Shown piece after piece: positions 35,437-44,623 of a stretch of 64,000 nucleotides of DNA. Location: contig DATLQA010000154.1 in assembly GCA_035535495.1 (NCBI GenBank), positions 2,354-66,353 on the forward strand. Direction: 5' to 3'. The stretch comes from Actinomycetota bacterium (GTDB lineage: Bacteria > Actinomycetota > CALGFH01). A program made the position numbers and the translations under genes. Position 1 is the stretch's first letter. Every line of letters begins with the position of its first letter. The notes under the pieces were generated by a model. The model worked only from the letters and a program-made list of their open reading frames with translations, did not search any database and was not told the origin of the DNA.

Positions 35437-36636
35437 ATGATCGGCTTCGAGCTGGCCGAAGACCAGGTTGCGGCACAGAAATGGGCCCACGAGTTCGCCG
35501 AGCGGGAGATCCGGCCGGTCGCCGCCAAGTACGACGAGACCGAGGAGTTCCCCTGGCCGGTGCTGTCCAAGGCGGCCGAGATCGGCCTCTACGGCCTGGA
35601 CTACTACAAGATGGTCGCCGAGGACGAGTCCGGCGTCCTGCAGCCGGTCCTGGTCGAGGAGCTGGCCTGGGGCTGCGCCGGCATCGCCCTCGGCATCCTC
35701 GGCACCGGCCTGCCGCTGGTCGCGGTGATGTCCTCGGGCACGCCCGACCAGTTCGCCGAGTGGGCGCCGCGGATGTTCGGCACCGTCTCCAAGCCCGCTG
35801 TCGGCGCGTTCGCGGTCACCGAGCCCGGCGCCGGCTCCGACGTCTCCAGCCTCCGCACCAGGGCCACCAAGGACGGCGGCGACTGGGTGCTGAACGGCCA
35901 GAAGGTGTTCATCACCAACGGCGGCATCGCCGACGTCCATGTGGTGGTGGCCACCGTCGACCCCACGCTCGGCCACCGCGGCCAGGCCAGCTTCGTGATC
36001 CCGCCGGGAACCCCGGGCCTGCGCCAGGGCAAGAAGGAGCGCAAGCTCGGCATCCGCGCCTCGCACACCGCCGAGGTGCTGCTGGAGGACTGCCGCGTAC
36101 CCGGCGACTGCCTGCTCGGCGGCGAGGAGCGGCTCAACGCCAAGCTGGAGCGCGGGCGGAACAAGGACCAGGCCAAGACCTCCTCGGGCGCGCTCAAGAC
36201 CTTCGAGGCGACCCGGCCGATCGTCGGCGCCCAGGCGATCGGCATCGCCAGGGCCGCCTACGAGTTCGCCCGCGACTACGCCCGCCAGCGGACCCAGTTC
36301 GGCAAGCCGATCGCCTCCCAGCAGGCGGTCGCGTTCAAGCTGGCCGACATGGCGACCGAGATCGACGCGGCCCGGCTGCTGGTCTGGCGGGCCTCCTGGA
36401 TGGGCCGGAACGGCGCGCCCTTCGCCCACGCCGAGGGCTCCATGTCCAAGCTCAAGGCCGGCGAGGTCGCCGTCCGGGTCACCGACGAAGCCATCCAGAT
36501 CCTCGGCGGCTACGGCTACATCCGCGATTTCCCGGTGGAGAAGTGGCACCGGGATTCGAAGATCTACACGCTCTTCGAGGGCACCAGTGAGATTCAGCGC
36601 CTGGTGATCTCGCGTGCCAACGGCGGGATGGCGTAG
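35437..36636 (+). CDS. Acyl-CoA dehydrogenase
   Basis: Motifs 'AFAVTEPGAGSDV', 'GQKVFITNGG' and 'ILGGYGYIRDFPVEKWHRDSKIYTLFEGTSEIQRLVI'. 399 aa. Confidence 0.85.
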   Translation: MIGFELAEDQVAAQKWAHEFAEREIRPVAAKYDETEEFPWPVLSKAAEIGLYGLDYYKMVAEDESGVLQPVLVEELAWGCAGIALGILGTGLPLVAVMSSGTPDQFAEWAPRMFGTVSKPAVGAFAVTEPGAGSDVSSLRTRATKDGGDWVLNGQKVFITNGGIADVHVVVATVDPTLGHRGQASFVIPPGTPGLRQGKKERKLGIRASHTAEVLLEDCRVPGDCLLGGEERLNAKLERGRNKDQAKTSSGALKTFEATRPIVGAQAIGIARAAYEFARDYARQRTQFGKPIASQQAVAFKLADMATEIDAARLLVWRASWMGRNGAPFAHAEGSMSKLKAGEVAVRVTDEAIQILGGYGYIRDFPVEKWHRDSKIYTLFEGTSEIQRLVISRANGGMA

Positions 36637-36639
36637 GGC

Positions 36640-37386
36640 TTACGCCCTGGTGGTGGCGCGCTGCTCTGGTTGCGGGCTGAGGACCGCCCCAAGGGGACGG
36701 CGCCGCTCGGCCACGCTGAGCAGCCAGACGTGGAGTCCGAACAGCAGGATCGAGCCGGCCAGGAACAGGTAGCTGGGCAGGGCCGGGGCGCCCGGGTCCT
36801 GGTAGGCGAAGACCGCCACCGGGGAGAAGCTCGGCTTGACCAGGCCGGAGTTGGCCGGCGGCTCCTTGGGCGAGATCACCACCGCCGCCACCGTGGTCCC
36901 GTCCTGGATGGTGTAGAAGACCTTGGTGTCGGTGTTGACCACGTCCAGTTCCTTGCTGGAGTCCTTGACGTCCTTGTTGCGCTCGGCGATGAAGTCGGCG
37001 AGCGCGGCCTGCTTGGCGGTGTCGAGGTCGGCCTTGAGCTTCTCGTCGGCGGCGGACAGCTTGGCCCCGCCCTCAGCCTCGGCCGGTGCCTCCTGCCAGC
37101 CGTTGCTGGCGTTGCCCATGAAGGCCTTCACCCGGTCGTAGCGGGCGGCGGCCGGGTCGTCCCCGGTGAACTGGACGAAGGTGGGCTGCTTGCCGACCGG
37201 GCCGGTCAGCGCCGGCGTCCCTGGCAGCCCGAACGACCAGGTCGCCGTGAGCATGATCAGGAACCCGAAGAACGCGATGGCGGCGATCAGGTAGCCCTTG
37301 AGCGCCCCCAGGTTGGCCGCCAGGAGCATCCACACCGAGCCGGGCAGCAACAGGAACGCGGTGAGGACCAGCACGGCGCCTTTCAC
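36640..37386 (-). CDS. Membrane protein encoded last in the Rieske/cytochrome b operon (3 predicted TM helices plus a soluble periplasmic-type domain). Function unknown.
   Basis: The GTG start overlaps the cytochrome c stop (GTGA). N-terminal helices 'VLVLTAFLLLPGSVWMLLAANLG' and 'YLIAAIAFFGFLIMLTATW', plus a C-terminal helix. Confidence 0.55.
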   Translation of the reverse strand: MKGAVLVLTAFLLLPGSVWMLLAANLGALKGYLIAAIAFFGFLIMLTATWSFGLPGTPALTGPVGKQPTFVQFTGDDPAAARYDRVKAFMGNASNGWQEAPAEAEGGAKLSAADEKLKADLDTAKQAALADFIAERNKDVKDSSKELDVVNTDTKVFYTIQDGTTVAAVVISPKEPPANSGLVKPSFSPVAVFAYQDPGAPALPSYLFLAGSILLFGLHVWLLSVAERRRPLGAVLSPQPEQRATTRA

Positions 37387-38087
37387 GGGACCTCAGGCCT
37401 CCTCAGGCCGGCCGGCGCCGCGGACGCGCTCACCGGCCGGTGCGCCCCGGCGGCCTTGAAGTCGAGCTGCTGCCTGGGCTTGTTGTCGCTCTGGATGGAC
37501 AGCAGGTAGTTGACCAGGTTGGTGATCTGCTGGTCGTTCATGGGGCCGCCGTAGCGCACCCCCCAAGTCGGCATCGGCGTCGGCGGCCGACCCTTCTGGA
37601 TGGTCTCCCAGGCCACCGTGGCGACATCCTGGCCGGTGTGGCGCTGCCAGATCTCGGTGAGGTTGGGCGCCTGCACGTCGGCCGGCTTGGCGTTGGGCAC
37701 GCCGGGGGTGACGTAGCGCTCGACCGTGCCGCCCTTGGCGTCCTTGCCGTGGCAGCGGGCGCAGAACTCGACGAACTCCTGCCGGCCGAGGGTGACCGAC
37801 TCCTCCTGCTGGTGCACGCCGGCGGCGCGCATCCGGGCCGGCTCGCGGATGTAGAGGAACGGCAGGGCGACCGCCAGGAAGATGGTGAGCGCGACGCCGG
37901 CGAGCTGGTAGTTCTCCAGCAGCCGGCCTTCGAGCGCCTCGTCGGTGGGGCCGGGGCGGCGCGACGGGGGAGTGGCCGCGCCGGCGGCGCGGGCACGCTC
38001 GCGGGCGCGGAACACCACGCCGACGACCACCGCCAGCAGGATCAGGGCGGCCGGGAACAGGAACAGCAGTACGGTTCCCCTGCTCAT
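37383..38087 (-). CDS. Membrane-anchored mono-heme c-type cytochrome (cytochrome c subunit of the Rieske/cytochrome b complex)
   Basis: Single 'CARCHG' CxxCH motif. N-terminal TM anchor 'VLLFLFPAALILLAVVVGVVF'. ATG with a GGGGAGG Shine-Dalgarno. ATGA overlap with the Rieske gene. Confidence 0.8.
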   Translation of the reverse strand: MSRGTVLLFLFPAALILLAVVVGVVFRARERARAAGAATPPSRRPGPTDEALEGRLLENYQLAGVALTIFLAVALPFLYIREPARMRAAGVHQQEESVTLGRQEFVEFCARCHGKDAKGGTVERYVTPGVPNAKPADVQAPNLTEIWQRHTGQDVATVAWETIQKGRPPTPMPTWGVRYGGPMNDQQITNLVNYLLSIQSDNKPRQQLDFKAAGAHRPVSASAAPAGLRRPEVP

Positions 38088-38695
38088 GCCTCCCCACCGC
38101 CGGAGATGCAGTGCGGCCCCTCGAGCTCCTGGCCGGTGGTGTTGGTGCCGCGCGGTGGACCGGTGACGATCTTGGAGGTGTCGACCGTGATCTGCGCGCC
38201 CTGCACGGTGATGGCGAAGCGGTCGAGCCCGCGGGGAGCCGGCCCCTCCTTGTACTCGCCGGCATGGTTGTACTTGGAGCCGTGGCAGGGGCACTCCCAC
38301 CACTGCGAGGAGGCGCACCACGGCACCCGGCAGCCGAGGTGGACGCAGCGCTGGTACAGCGCCATGTAGCCGCCGCCGGTGACGCCGTTGTAGATGCCCT
38401 CGGTGTCCTTGCCCGTGTAGGGCACCAGGTAGAAGCGGCCCTCGGGGACGTAGGCGTAGCCCTTGTTGGCCTTGATGTCGGCGTCGATGGTGGTCTTGGT
38501 GCCGGCCCTGATCTTGGTACCGAACCCCTCGGACAGGTTGGGCCACAGGAAGTAGACCGTGCCAGCCCCGAACCCCGCCAGGCCCGCGCCGAGCGAGGTC
38601 AGCCATGCCCGGCGCAGGAACGAGCGCCGGCTCACCTGGGGCCTGGGGGGCGCCGGCCGGGGGCTGGCCGGCTGGATCCCCGGGGTACTTGCCAT
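38084..38695 (-). CDS. Rieske [2Fe-2S] iron-sulfur protein with a Tat signal
   Basis: Twin-arginine 'SRRSFLRRAWLTSLGAG'. Rieske boxes 'CVHLGCR' and 'CPCHGS'. 203 aa (short, b6f/Bacillus-like, not the 3-TM actinobacterial QcrA). AAAGGAAA Shine-Dalgarno. Confidence 0.85.
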   Translation of the reverse strand: MASTPGIQPASPRPAPPRPQVSRRSFLRRAWLTSLGAGLAGFGAGTVYFLWPNLSEGFGTKIRAGTKTTIDADIKANKGYAYVPEGRFYLVPYTGKDTEGIYNGVTGGGYMALYQRCVHLGCRVPWCASSQWWECPCHGSKYNHAGEYKEGPAPRGLDRFAITVQGAQITVDTSKIVTGPPRGTNTTGQELEGPHCISGGGEA

Positions 38696-38728
38696 GGAAG
38701 CGGTTTCCTTTGGTCGGCGTGTGCTGAG

Positions 38729-39637
38729 CTAGAACTCGAAGAAGACGCAGGCCTTGTCGGGATGGAGGTTGGCGGCGCAGGTCTCCATCCACGGCCAGAC
38801 CCAGTTGAAGCCGGGGCCACGGAAGAACGAACCGGAGATCACCAGCACGGCCCAGAACATCATGAACATGGAGAACATCAGGATGGCGAGCTTGCGGTGC
38901 TCGGGCCGCATCGACGGGTTCTTGTCGAAGTACGGCGTGGCCGCGAGGATCAGCAGCGCGATGCCTGGAATCGTCACCCCGGCCACCATCGGGTGGAAGT
39001 AGCGGAGCAGTTCCTGCAGGCCGAGGAAGTACCAGTGCGCCTTGGACGGGTTGGGGGTGAGGTTGGAGTTGGCCAGCTCCCGCAGGGGCGCGTTGACCAC
39101 CACCGCGAACACGGTCACGAAGGCGAACATGGCGAACGAGGCGACCGCCTCACGGATCAGCAGGTGGGGCCAGACGTTGACCTTGTCCTCCTGGCGCGCC
39201 TCGGTGCGCTGGATGCCCTCGGGCGGGACCATGGCGAGCAGGCGGTGGGTCTCGCCCTGCTTGGCCGACGCGCCGACCTGACCGGGCAGGCCCTTGGAGG
39301 CGACCGCGGCGGCCACCCGGGCGGCGCGCTCCTCCGGGGTGAGCCGGCGGTTGCCGTTGCCCGCCGGCGCGGGGCGGGCGGCCGGGCGGCTCGGCGCCTG
39401 CGCCGCCGCCGGTGCCGGTGCCGCCGCCACCGCGGCGGGCGCTTCGGCCGGAGCCGCCGCCGCCGCGGGCTCGGCGGCCTCGGCGGCCGGGGCGGCGGTC
39501 GCCGCCACGCCACGGTTGGCGCCGCGCTCCTTGCGGATCGCCACCGACTTGGCCTTGGCCCTGGCGACGCGCTCGGCCTCGCCGGCCGCGATCAGGCGGT
39601 CGTACGTCTCCTTGTCCGGCGTGACTTCCTCTGCCAT
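38729..39637 (-). CDS. Cytochrome b6-f subunit-IV-like protein (C-terminal half of a split cytochrome b) with an Ala/Pro-rich N-terminal extension of ~150 aa
   Basis: 'PNPSKAHWYFLGLQELLRYF' corresponds to the PetD/cyt-b C-terminal 'PEWYF' region. 3 TM helices. The N-terminus is low complexity ('AAPAAEAAEPAAAAAPAEAPAAVAAAPAPAAAQAP'). GGAGG Shine-Dalgarno. Confidence 0.75.
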   Translation of the reverse strand: MAEEVTPDKETYDRLIAAGEAERVARAKAKSVAIRKERGANRGVAATAAPAAEAAEPAAAAAPAEAPAAVAAAPAPAAAQAPSRPAARPAPAGNGNRRLTPEERAARVAAAVASKGLPGQVGASAKQGETHRLLAMVPPEGIQRTEARQEDKVNVWPHLLIREAVASFAMFAFVTVFAVVVNAPLRELANSNLTPNPSKAHWYFLGLQELLRYFHPMVAGVTIPGIALLILAATPYFDKNPSMRPEHRKLAILMFSMFMMFWAVLVISGSFFRGPGFNWVWPWMETCAANLHPDKACVFFEF

Positions 39638-39691
39638 CGGGATGCCTCCACGTCGCTCGTCCGCCGCGGCGCCCCGCGGCGGACGTCAGAT

Positions 39692-40477
39692 CTACAGCGG
39701 GCCAGAGATGCCGCCGTCCTTGCGGATGCGCCAGAAGTGGACAGCCATGAAGATCACGGCCACGAAGGGCAGTGCGAGCACGTGCAGCACGTACCAACGG
39801 ATCAGGGTCTCCGGGCCGATCTCGACCGCTCCCAGCAGCACGAAGCGGACCTGGTCCCCAATCACCGGCGTGTAGCCCATCATCGAGGTGCCGACCGCCA
39901 CCGCCCAGATGGCCAGCTGGTCCCAGGGCAGCAGGTAGCCGGTGAACGACAGCAGCAGGGTGAGCAGCAGCAGCACCACGCCGACCACCCAGTTGAACTC
40001 ACGTGGGGGCTTGTAGGCGCCGTGGTAGAAGACCCGCGCCATGTGCAGGAACACGGTGAACACCATCAGGTGGGCACCCCAGCGGTGCATGTTGCGCACC
40101 AGCTGGCCGAAGTTGACCGAGGCCGAGAGGGCCTGCATGTCGTTGTAGGCCAGCTCCTGCCCCAGCCCGGCCGAGGGCCGGTAGAAGAACATCAGGTAGA
40201 TCCCGGTGATGGTGAGCAGGATGAACAGGAAGAACGTGAGGCCGCCCAGGCAGAACGTGTAGGTCAGCTTGAGGCCGTGCCGCTTCACCTTCACCGGGTG
40301 CAGGTGGTAGAGCACGTTGTTCATCATCGCCAGGGCGCGGTCCCGCGAGGTGTCGCGGTAGCCAGGCCGGTAGATCGAGCCGGGCCGGAAGATCGACTTC
40401 CACACCTGCGAATCCTGGGTCTGCTTCCACAGCTCACCCGGCTTGGGTGGCCGTGGGCGGCGGAACCTCAGTGCCAC
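39692..40477 (-). CDS. Cytochrome b6-type protein (N-terminal, heme-binding half of a split cytochrome b)
   Basis: Conserved His ligands in '[24 protein letters not shown]' and '[22 protein letters not shown]'. 261 aa with 4 TM helices. GTG with a GAGGAGAG Shine-Dalgarno. Confidence 0.85.
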   Translation of the reverse strand: MALRFRRPRPPKPGELWKQTQDSQVWKSIFRPGSIYRPGYRDTSRDRALAMMNNVLYHLHPVKVKRHGLKLTYTFCLGGLTFFLFILLTITGIYLMFFYRPSAGLGQELAYNDMQALSASVNFGQLVRNMHRWGAHLMVFTVFLHMARVFYHGAYKPPREFNWVVGVVLLLLTLLLSFTGYLLPWDQLAIWAVAVGTSMMGYTPVIGDQVRFVLLGAVEIGPETLIRWYVLHVLALPFVAVIFMAVHFWRIRKDGGISGPL

Positions 40478-40551
40478 GCGTCTCTCCTCGAGCTCACCGG
40501 TCCGGCGCCGTCGCGGACCTTCCCGATTCAGTCCTCAGCTTCCATCCTCGT

Positions 40552-40905
40552 TCAGCCGGTGGTTCCCGTCTTGGTCTCGCCCACCCGGGCGTACCAGAGG
40601 GCGCCGGTGGGGCAGCGGTCGATGCAGATGCCACAGCGCACACACTCGTTGTCGTCGATCACGAACAGCGCGTGGGACGACTGGGCCAGGGTGGTGACCT
40701 CCTGCTCGCCGCCGTCGTGCACGATGCCCGGGGCCAGCATGTAGATGCAGTCCCACGGGCAGACGTCCTCGCAGGCCCGGCAGAGGATGCACAACTCCGG
40801 CGAGAGCGCGATGTGGCGGCGCGGCTTGATGCGGTCCTGCAGCCAGTTGGGGTCGACCGTGGTGAGCGTGTAGTCGTCGTGGATGCTCGGTTTGTTGGGG
40901 TTCAT
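40552..40905 (-). CDS. 2[4Fe-4S] ferredoxin-like protein encoded inside the Rieske/cytochrome b operon
   Basis: Two cluster motifs, 'CILCRACEDVCP' and 'CVRCGICIDRCP'. 117 aa. ATG with an AGGGGGA Shine-Dalgarno. It sits between the small membrane protein and cytochrome b6. Confidence 0.75.
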   Translation of the reverse strand: MNPNKPSIHDDYTLTTVDPNWLQDRIKPRRHIALSPELCILCRACEDVCPWDCIYMLAPGIVHDGGEQEVTTLAQSSHALFVIDDNECVRCGICIDRCPTGALWYARVGETKTGTTG

Positions 40906-40923
40906 ACGGCGATCCCCCTGCGA

Positions 40924-41265
40924 TCACTTGTAGCCACCGGTCGCCTCCCGCTTGTCCTCGCCTGAGGGGAGCACCTTCGGGCTGCGGCGGTTGTAGGCCC
41001 GGACGCCGAGTCCGGCGGCGACCAGCATCAGCCCGTACCACAGCACCACAATTGTGTCGCGGATTGCCTGCTGGGGCAGCACCAGCGTGCGGATTCCGAG
41101 CGGGACCGTGAACTTGCCGGTCCACTTGAGCACGCCGTCGGCGAAGTACAGCCAGAACGACGGGATCACGGCCATGGTCACGAACAGCCCGGCCGTCAGT
41201 GCCAGCATCAGCAGCGACAGCGAGAGCCAGCGCTCCCCCTCGTCCTTCGGTCGACCCAGCGACAC
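40924..41265 (-). CDS. Small membrane protein (113 aa, 2 TM), first gene of the Rieske/cytochrome b operon
   Basis: GTG with a GGAGGA Shine-Dalgarno 6 nt upstream. Helices '[22 protein letters not shown]' and '[17 protein letters not shown]'. Confidence 0.45.
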   Translation of the reverse strand: MSLGRPKDEGERWLSLSLLMLALTAGLFVTMAVIPSFWLYFADGVLKWTGKFTVPLGIRTLVLPQQAIRDTIVVLWYGLMLVAAGLGVRAYNRRSPKVLPSGEDKREATGGYK

Positions 41266-41529
41266 TCTGCGTCCTCCAACGTTCGTGGTGAGCACGCCGC
41301 GCGCGTGGTCCTCATGCGGGATGGAAGCGTCGCGCACGCCCCCCAGCGTGCCGGCGGACGCTCCTCGAGGGAGCGGTCCCCGCTTGCGCGCATCGTAGCA
41401 TCGACCCGGGAGGGCGCCAACGCGCTTGCCCGCAGGTCAACGGCTGTATCCGGGCGCCGTCCGCTTGCACAAGCGCGCATTGCCGGACCAGGGCCCGTTT
41501 CCGGGTCGCTGGCACTAGACTCGGAGCCG

Positions 41530-42162
41530 ATGCCCGTCAGGAGTCCGATGCCGCGCCGCACCTTGATCGCCGTCACGGCCACGCTGCTCGTGGCCGTCCT
41601 CGTGGTGCTGGTGGTGCGGGCCGGCGGCGGCGGCCGCGGCCTGGCGCCGGAGAGCTCTCCCGGCCAGGTCCGCGACGTGGCCGCCAACGTGGTGCTCATC
41701 CCCGAGAACGAGCGCGCGCGGCTGCCGGCGTTCTCCGGGCCGACCGTCACCGGCGGCACCTTCGACCTGGCCAGCCTGCAAGGCCGGCCCGCCGTGCTGA
41801 ACTTCTGGGCCTCCTGGTGCGGGCCGTGCCGCGCGGAGCAGAAGGGCCTGGCCGAGGCGAGCCGCCGCCTCCAACCCGAAGGGGTCCGCTTCGTCGGGGT
41901 GAACATCCGCGACCAGCGCGCCGCCGCCGCCGCGTACCTGGCGGAGTTCGACGTCCCCTACCCGTCCCTGCTCGACCAGGCCGCCCGGCTGCCCCAGCTG
42001 CTGGCCGGCCAGGGGCCCGACTCCCCGCCCTACACCCTGGTGGTCGACGCGCGGGGCCGGATCGCCGCACGGGTCTTCGGCGCCCTGGTCGGCGCGCGCG
42101 CCACCCCGGGCGCCCAGGCGGACCTCCTGGCCGACCTCGTCGAACGGGCGGGTGGGCCGTGA
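41530..42162 (+). CDS. resA: Thiol:disulfide oxidoreductase ResA/TlpA family (cytochrome c biogenesis thioredoxin)
   Basis: '[13 protein letters not shown]' thioredoxin CxxC. Signal-anchor '[21 protein letters not shown]'. The start may instead be ATG 41548. Confidence 0.8.
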   Translation: MPVRSPMPRRTLIAVTATLLVAVLVVLVVRAGGGGRGLAPESSPGQVRDVAANVVLIPENERARLPAFSGPTVTGGTFDLASLQGRPAVLNFWASWCGPCRAEQKGLAEASRRLQPEGVRFVGVNIRDQRAAAAAYLAEFDVPYPSLLDQAARLPQLLAGQGPDSPPYTLVVDARGRIAARVFGALVGARATPGAQADLLADLVERAGGP

Positions 42163-42932
42163 GCCTCGCGGAGCACGCCCAGGCGATCGTCACCGGCGGC
42201 AACCTGCTGGCCGCCATGCTGGTGGCGGCGGCGGCCGGCTTCGTCTCGTTCGCCTCTCCCTGCGTCCTGCCGCTGGTGCCCGGCTACCTCTCCTACGTGT
42301 CCGGCGCCTCCGGGCAGGACGTCGAGCACGAGGGTGGCCGGGCCGCCGGCCGGGTGCTGCTCGGGGCGCTGCTGTTCGTGGTCGGCTTCTCGCTGGTGTT
42401 CGTCGCGCTCGGGGCCACCCTCGGCGCGCTCACCGAGTGGCTGCGGATCAACCGTGGCACGGTCCTGCGGATCGCCGGCGTGCTGGTGATCCTGATGGGC
42501 CTGTTCCTCGCCGGGGTGATCCGGCCGGCGTTCCTGTACCGGGAGCGCCGCCTGCGGATGGACCGGATGCCAGGCGGGCTGGCAGGGGCGCTCCCCCTCG
42601 GCATGGTGTTCGGGCTCGGCTGGACGCCGTGCATCGGTCCCACTCTCGGCGCCGTCCTCGGCCTGGCCGCCGGCGTCGGCGGTGGCGCCGGCCGCGGCGC
42701 CGTGCTGCTGTTCGCCTACTCGCTCGGGCTCGGGGTGCCGTTCCTGGTGGCGGCGCTCGGCGTCCGCCACGCGCTCGGCCGCTTCTCCGCCCTGCGCGCC
42801 CGCTTCCGCTTGTTCGAGCTGGCCGGCGGCGGCATGCTGGTGGTGATCGGCCTGCTGCTGCTCACCGGCCTCTGGGGCGACTTCCTCACCCGGCTGCAGA
42901 TCTGGGCCGGCTCCTTCGCCCTCCCGATCTAA
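42159..42932 (+). CDS. ccdA: Cytochrome c-type biogenesis protein CcdA (DsbD family)
   Basis: Conserved 'SFASPCVLPLVPGYLSYV' and 'GWTPCIGPTLGAVL' Cys motifs. 6 TM helices. GTGA overlap with resA. Confidence 0.85.
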   Translation: MSLAEHAQAIVTGGNLLAAMLVAAAAGFVSFASPCVLPLVPGYLSYVSGASGQDVEHEGGRAAGRVLLGALLFVVGFSLVFVALGATLGALTEWLRINRGTVLRIAGVLVILMGLFLAGVIRPAFLYRERRLRMDRMPGGLAGALPLGMVFGLGWTPCIGPTLGAVLGLAAGVGGGAGRGAVLLFAYSLGLGVPFLVAALGVRHALGRFSALRARFRLFELAGGGMLVVIGLLLLTGLWGDFLTRLQIWAGSFALPI

Positions 42933-42964
42933 CCTCCTGCCCACCCAGTCCCGAGGTCCGTCCC

Positions 42965-44623
42965 TTGGCCGTCCAGGCGCCGCCAACCACCCGGCCAGAG
43001 CCGGGAAGCCCGACCCCCCAGCTCGGCGAGCTGCTGCGCCAGGCCTGGCGCGAGTTCCGCTCGATGCGCACCGCCCTGGTGCTGCTGTTCGCGCTGGCCG
43101 CGGCCTCGATCTTCGGGAGCCTGTTCCCGCAGCGCCCGATCTCGCCCCAGCGGGTCGAGCAGTACCTGCTCGACCACCCGGCGGCCGGGCCGGTGCTGGA
43201 CCGGCTCGGCATGTTCGACGTCTTCGGCTCGGCCTGGTACACGGCCGTGTACGTGGCGCTGCTCGCCGCGCTGGTGGCCTGCCTGCTGCCCCGTACCCGG
43301 TCGCTGGTGCGCATGCTGCGGTCCCGCCCGCCGCGTGCCAGCGCCCGCTACGCCCGCTACCACAACCACGCGGTGCTGGCCGCCGCGGTCCCGCCCGAGC
43401 AGGCCACCGAGGCGGCCCGGCGGGTGCTCGCCGGCCGGCGCTACCGGCTCGCCGGCCACCCGGGCGGCGAGCTGGCCGCGGAAAAGGGCTACCTGCGCGA
43501 GGCGGGCAGCCTCCTCTTCCACGTCGCGTTCCTGCTGCTCCTCGTCGGCCTCGCCTACGGCAAGGGCTTCGGGTACCGGGGGCAGATCAGCGTGGTCGAG
43601 GGCGAGGAGGCCGCCAACGCCAGGGTCAACTACGACAGCTTCACCCCCGGCCGCTTCTTCGGGCCGGGCCAGCTGCCCCGCTTCACGCTCCGCCTTGACG
43701 ACTTCGCCAACGCGTTCCATCCCGACGGCACGCCGAGCCGCTACGCCGCCAGCCTGACCGCGCTCGACGGGTCAGGGCGCCAGCTCCGGCGGCAGACGGT
43801 GACGGTGAACCATCCCATGACCGTGGACGGGATCCGGGTGTACCAGTCCGACTACGGCTACGCCCCGGTCGTCCGGGTCACCGTCAAGGGCCGCGACGGC
43901 AAGCCGGTCACGCCGCAGGACGGGCCCTTGCTGACCCTCAGAGACCCGGTCACCGAGGTCTCCAACGGCGCGGTCAAGCTCCCCATGCTCGATCCCCAGA
44001 TCGGCCTGGACGTGACCATGTTCACCGGCCTGCTCACCGGCGACGGGCCCGGCGGCCGGCCCACCCTCGCCAACGACCCGCGGCTGGTCAACCCGGTCCT
44101 GGTGGTGTTCGGCTGGCGGGGCGAGCTCAACGCCGACCGCGCCCAGAGCGTGTTCACCCTCGACCGCTCCGGCCTCCAGCCCCTCGCCGACCGTCCGCTG
44201 GTGATCCCGTTCGGCGGGGAGCGCGACCTGCCCGGTGGCCTCGGCACGGTCGCGTTCACCGGCGTGAAGCAGTACAGCGTGCTCACCCTCGCCCGCGACC
44301 CGGGGGTGCCGCTGGTCGCGGGCGGCGCCGCCCTGGTGCTGGTCGGGCTGCTGCCCTCGCTGTATGTCACCCGCCGCCGTGTCTGGGTGCGCGCCGAGCC
44401 GGCGCCTGGGGGAGCCCGGGTCGAGCTCGCCGGCCTCGCCCTGCAGGGCAAGCCCGCCTTCGCCGAGGAGTTCCGGCGTCTGGTGGCCGAGGTCGAGCGG
44501 GCGCTGGGCCGGTCGCCAGGCGGCCCGGCCGGGGTTACCCTGACCGCTGACGCGGCCCCGCCACCGGTACGGGAGCCCGGCGCGGCGAGGCATGAGACCC
44601 GATCCCGCCCAGGAGGCACCTGA
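42965..44623 (+). CDS. resB: Cytochrome c biogenesis protein ResB (Ccs1). Start uncertain: TTG 42965 or ATG 43064.
   Basis: 'WREFRSMRTALVLLFALAAASIFGSLFPQR' is collinear with the N-terminus of mycobacterial ResB. Large periplasmic domain and a C-terminal TM. Confidence 0.8.
   Translation: MAVQAPPTTRPEPGSPTPQLGELLRQAWREFRSMRTALVLLFALAAASIFGSLFPQRPISPQRVEQYLLDHPAAGPVLDRLGMFDVFGSAWYTAVYVALLAALVACLLPRTRSLVRMLRSRPPRASARYARYHNHAVLAAAVPPEQATEAARRVLAGRRYRLAGHPGGELAAEKGYLREAGSLLFHVAFLLLLVGLAYGKGFGYRGQISVVEGEEAANARVNYDSFTPGRFFGPGQLPRFTLRLDDFANAFHPDGTPSRYAASLTALDGSGRQLRRQTVTVNHPMTVDGIRVYQSDYGYAPVVRVTVKGRDGKPVTPQDGPLLTLRDPVTEVSNGAVKLPMLDPQIGLDVTMFTGLLTGDGPGGRPTLANDPRLVNPVLVVFGWRGELNADRAQSVFTLDRSGLQPLADRPLVIPFGGERDLPGGLGTVAFTGVKQYSVLTLARDPGVPLVAGGAALVLVGLLPSLYVTRRRVWVRAEPAPGGARVELAGLALQGKPAFAEEFRRLVAEVERALGRSPGGPAGVTLTADAAPPPVREPGAARHETRSRPGGT

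Noticed and set aside
33202-36549. 1115-aa minus-strand ORF spanning the membrane protein, TetR and acyl-CoA dehydrogenase region
   Set aside because: It partially contains the real TetR reading frame only by coincidence of frame. The rest is low-complexity antisense translation. The genes were called individually from motif-bearing frames.
38111-40744. 877-aa plus-strand ORF opposite the Rieske/cytochrome b operon
   Set aside because: Antisense to five genes with clear cofactor-binding motifs and Shine-Dalgarno sequences. Gly/Arg-rich garbage.
41266-41529. Rex/other operator in the divergent promoter between the b6-type operon and resA (sequences like CTTGCGCGCA / TTGCACAAGCGCGCATTGCC)
   Set aside because: There are GC-rich partial palindromes, but none has a convincing match to the Rex consensus or a clean inverted repeat.
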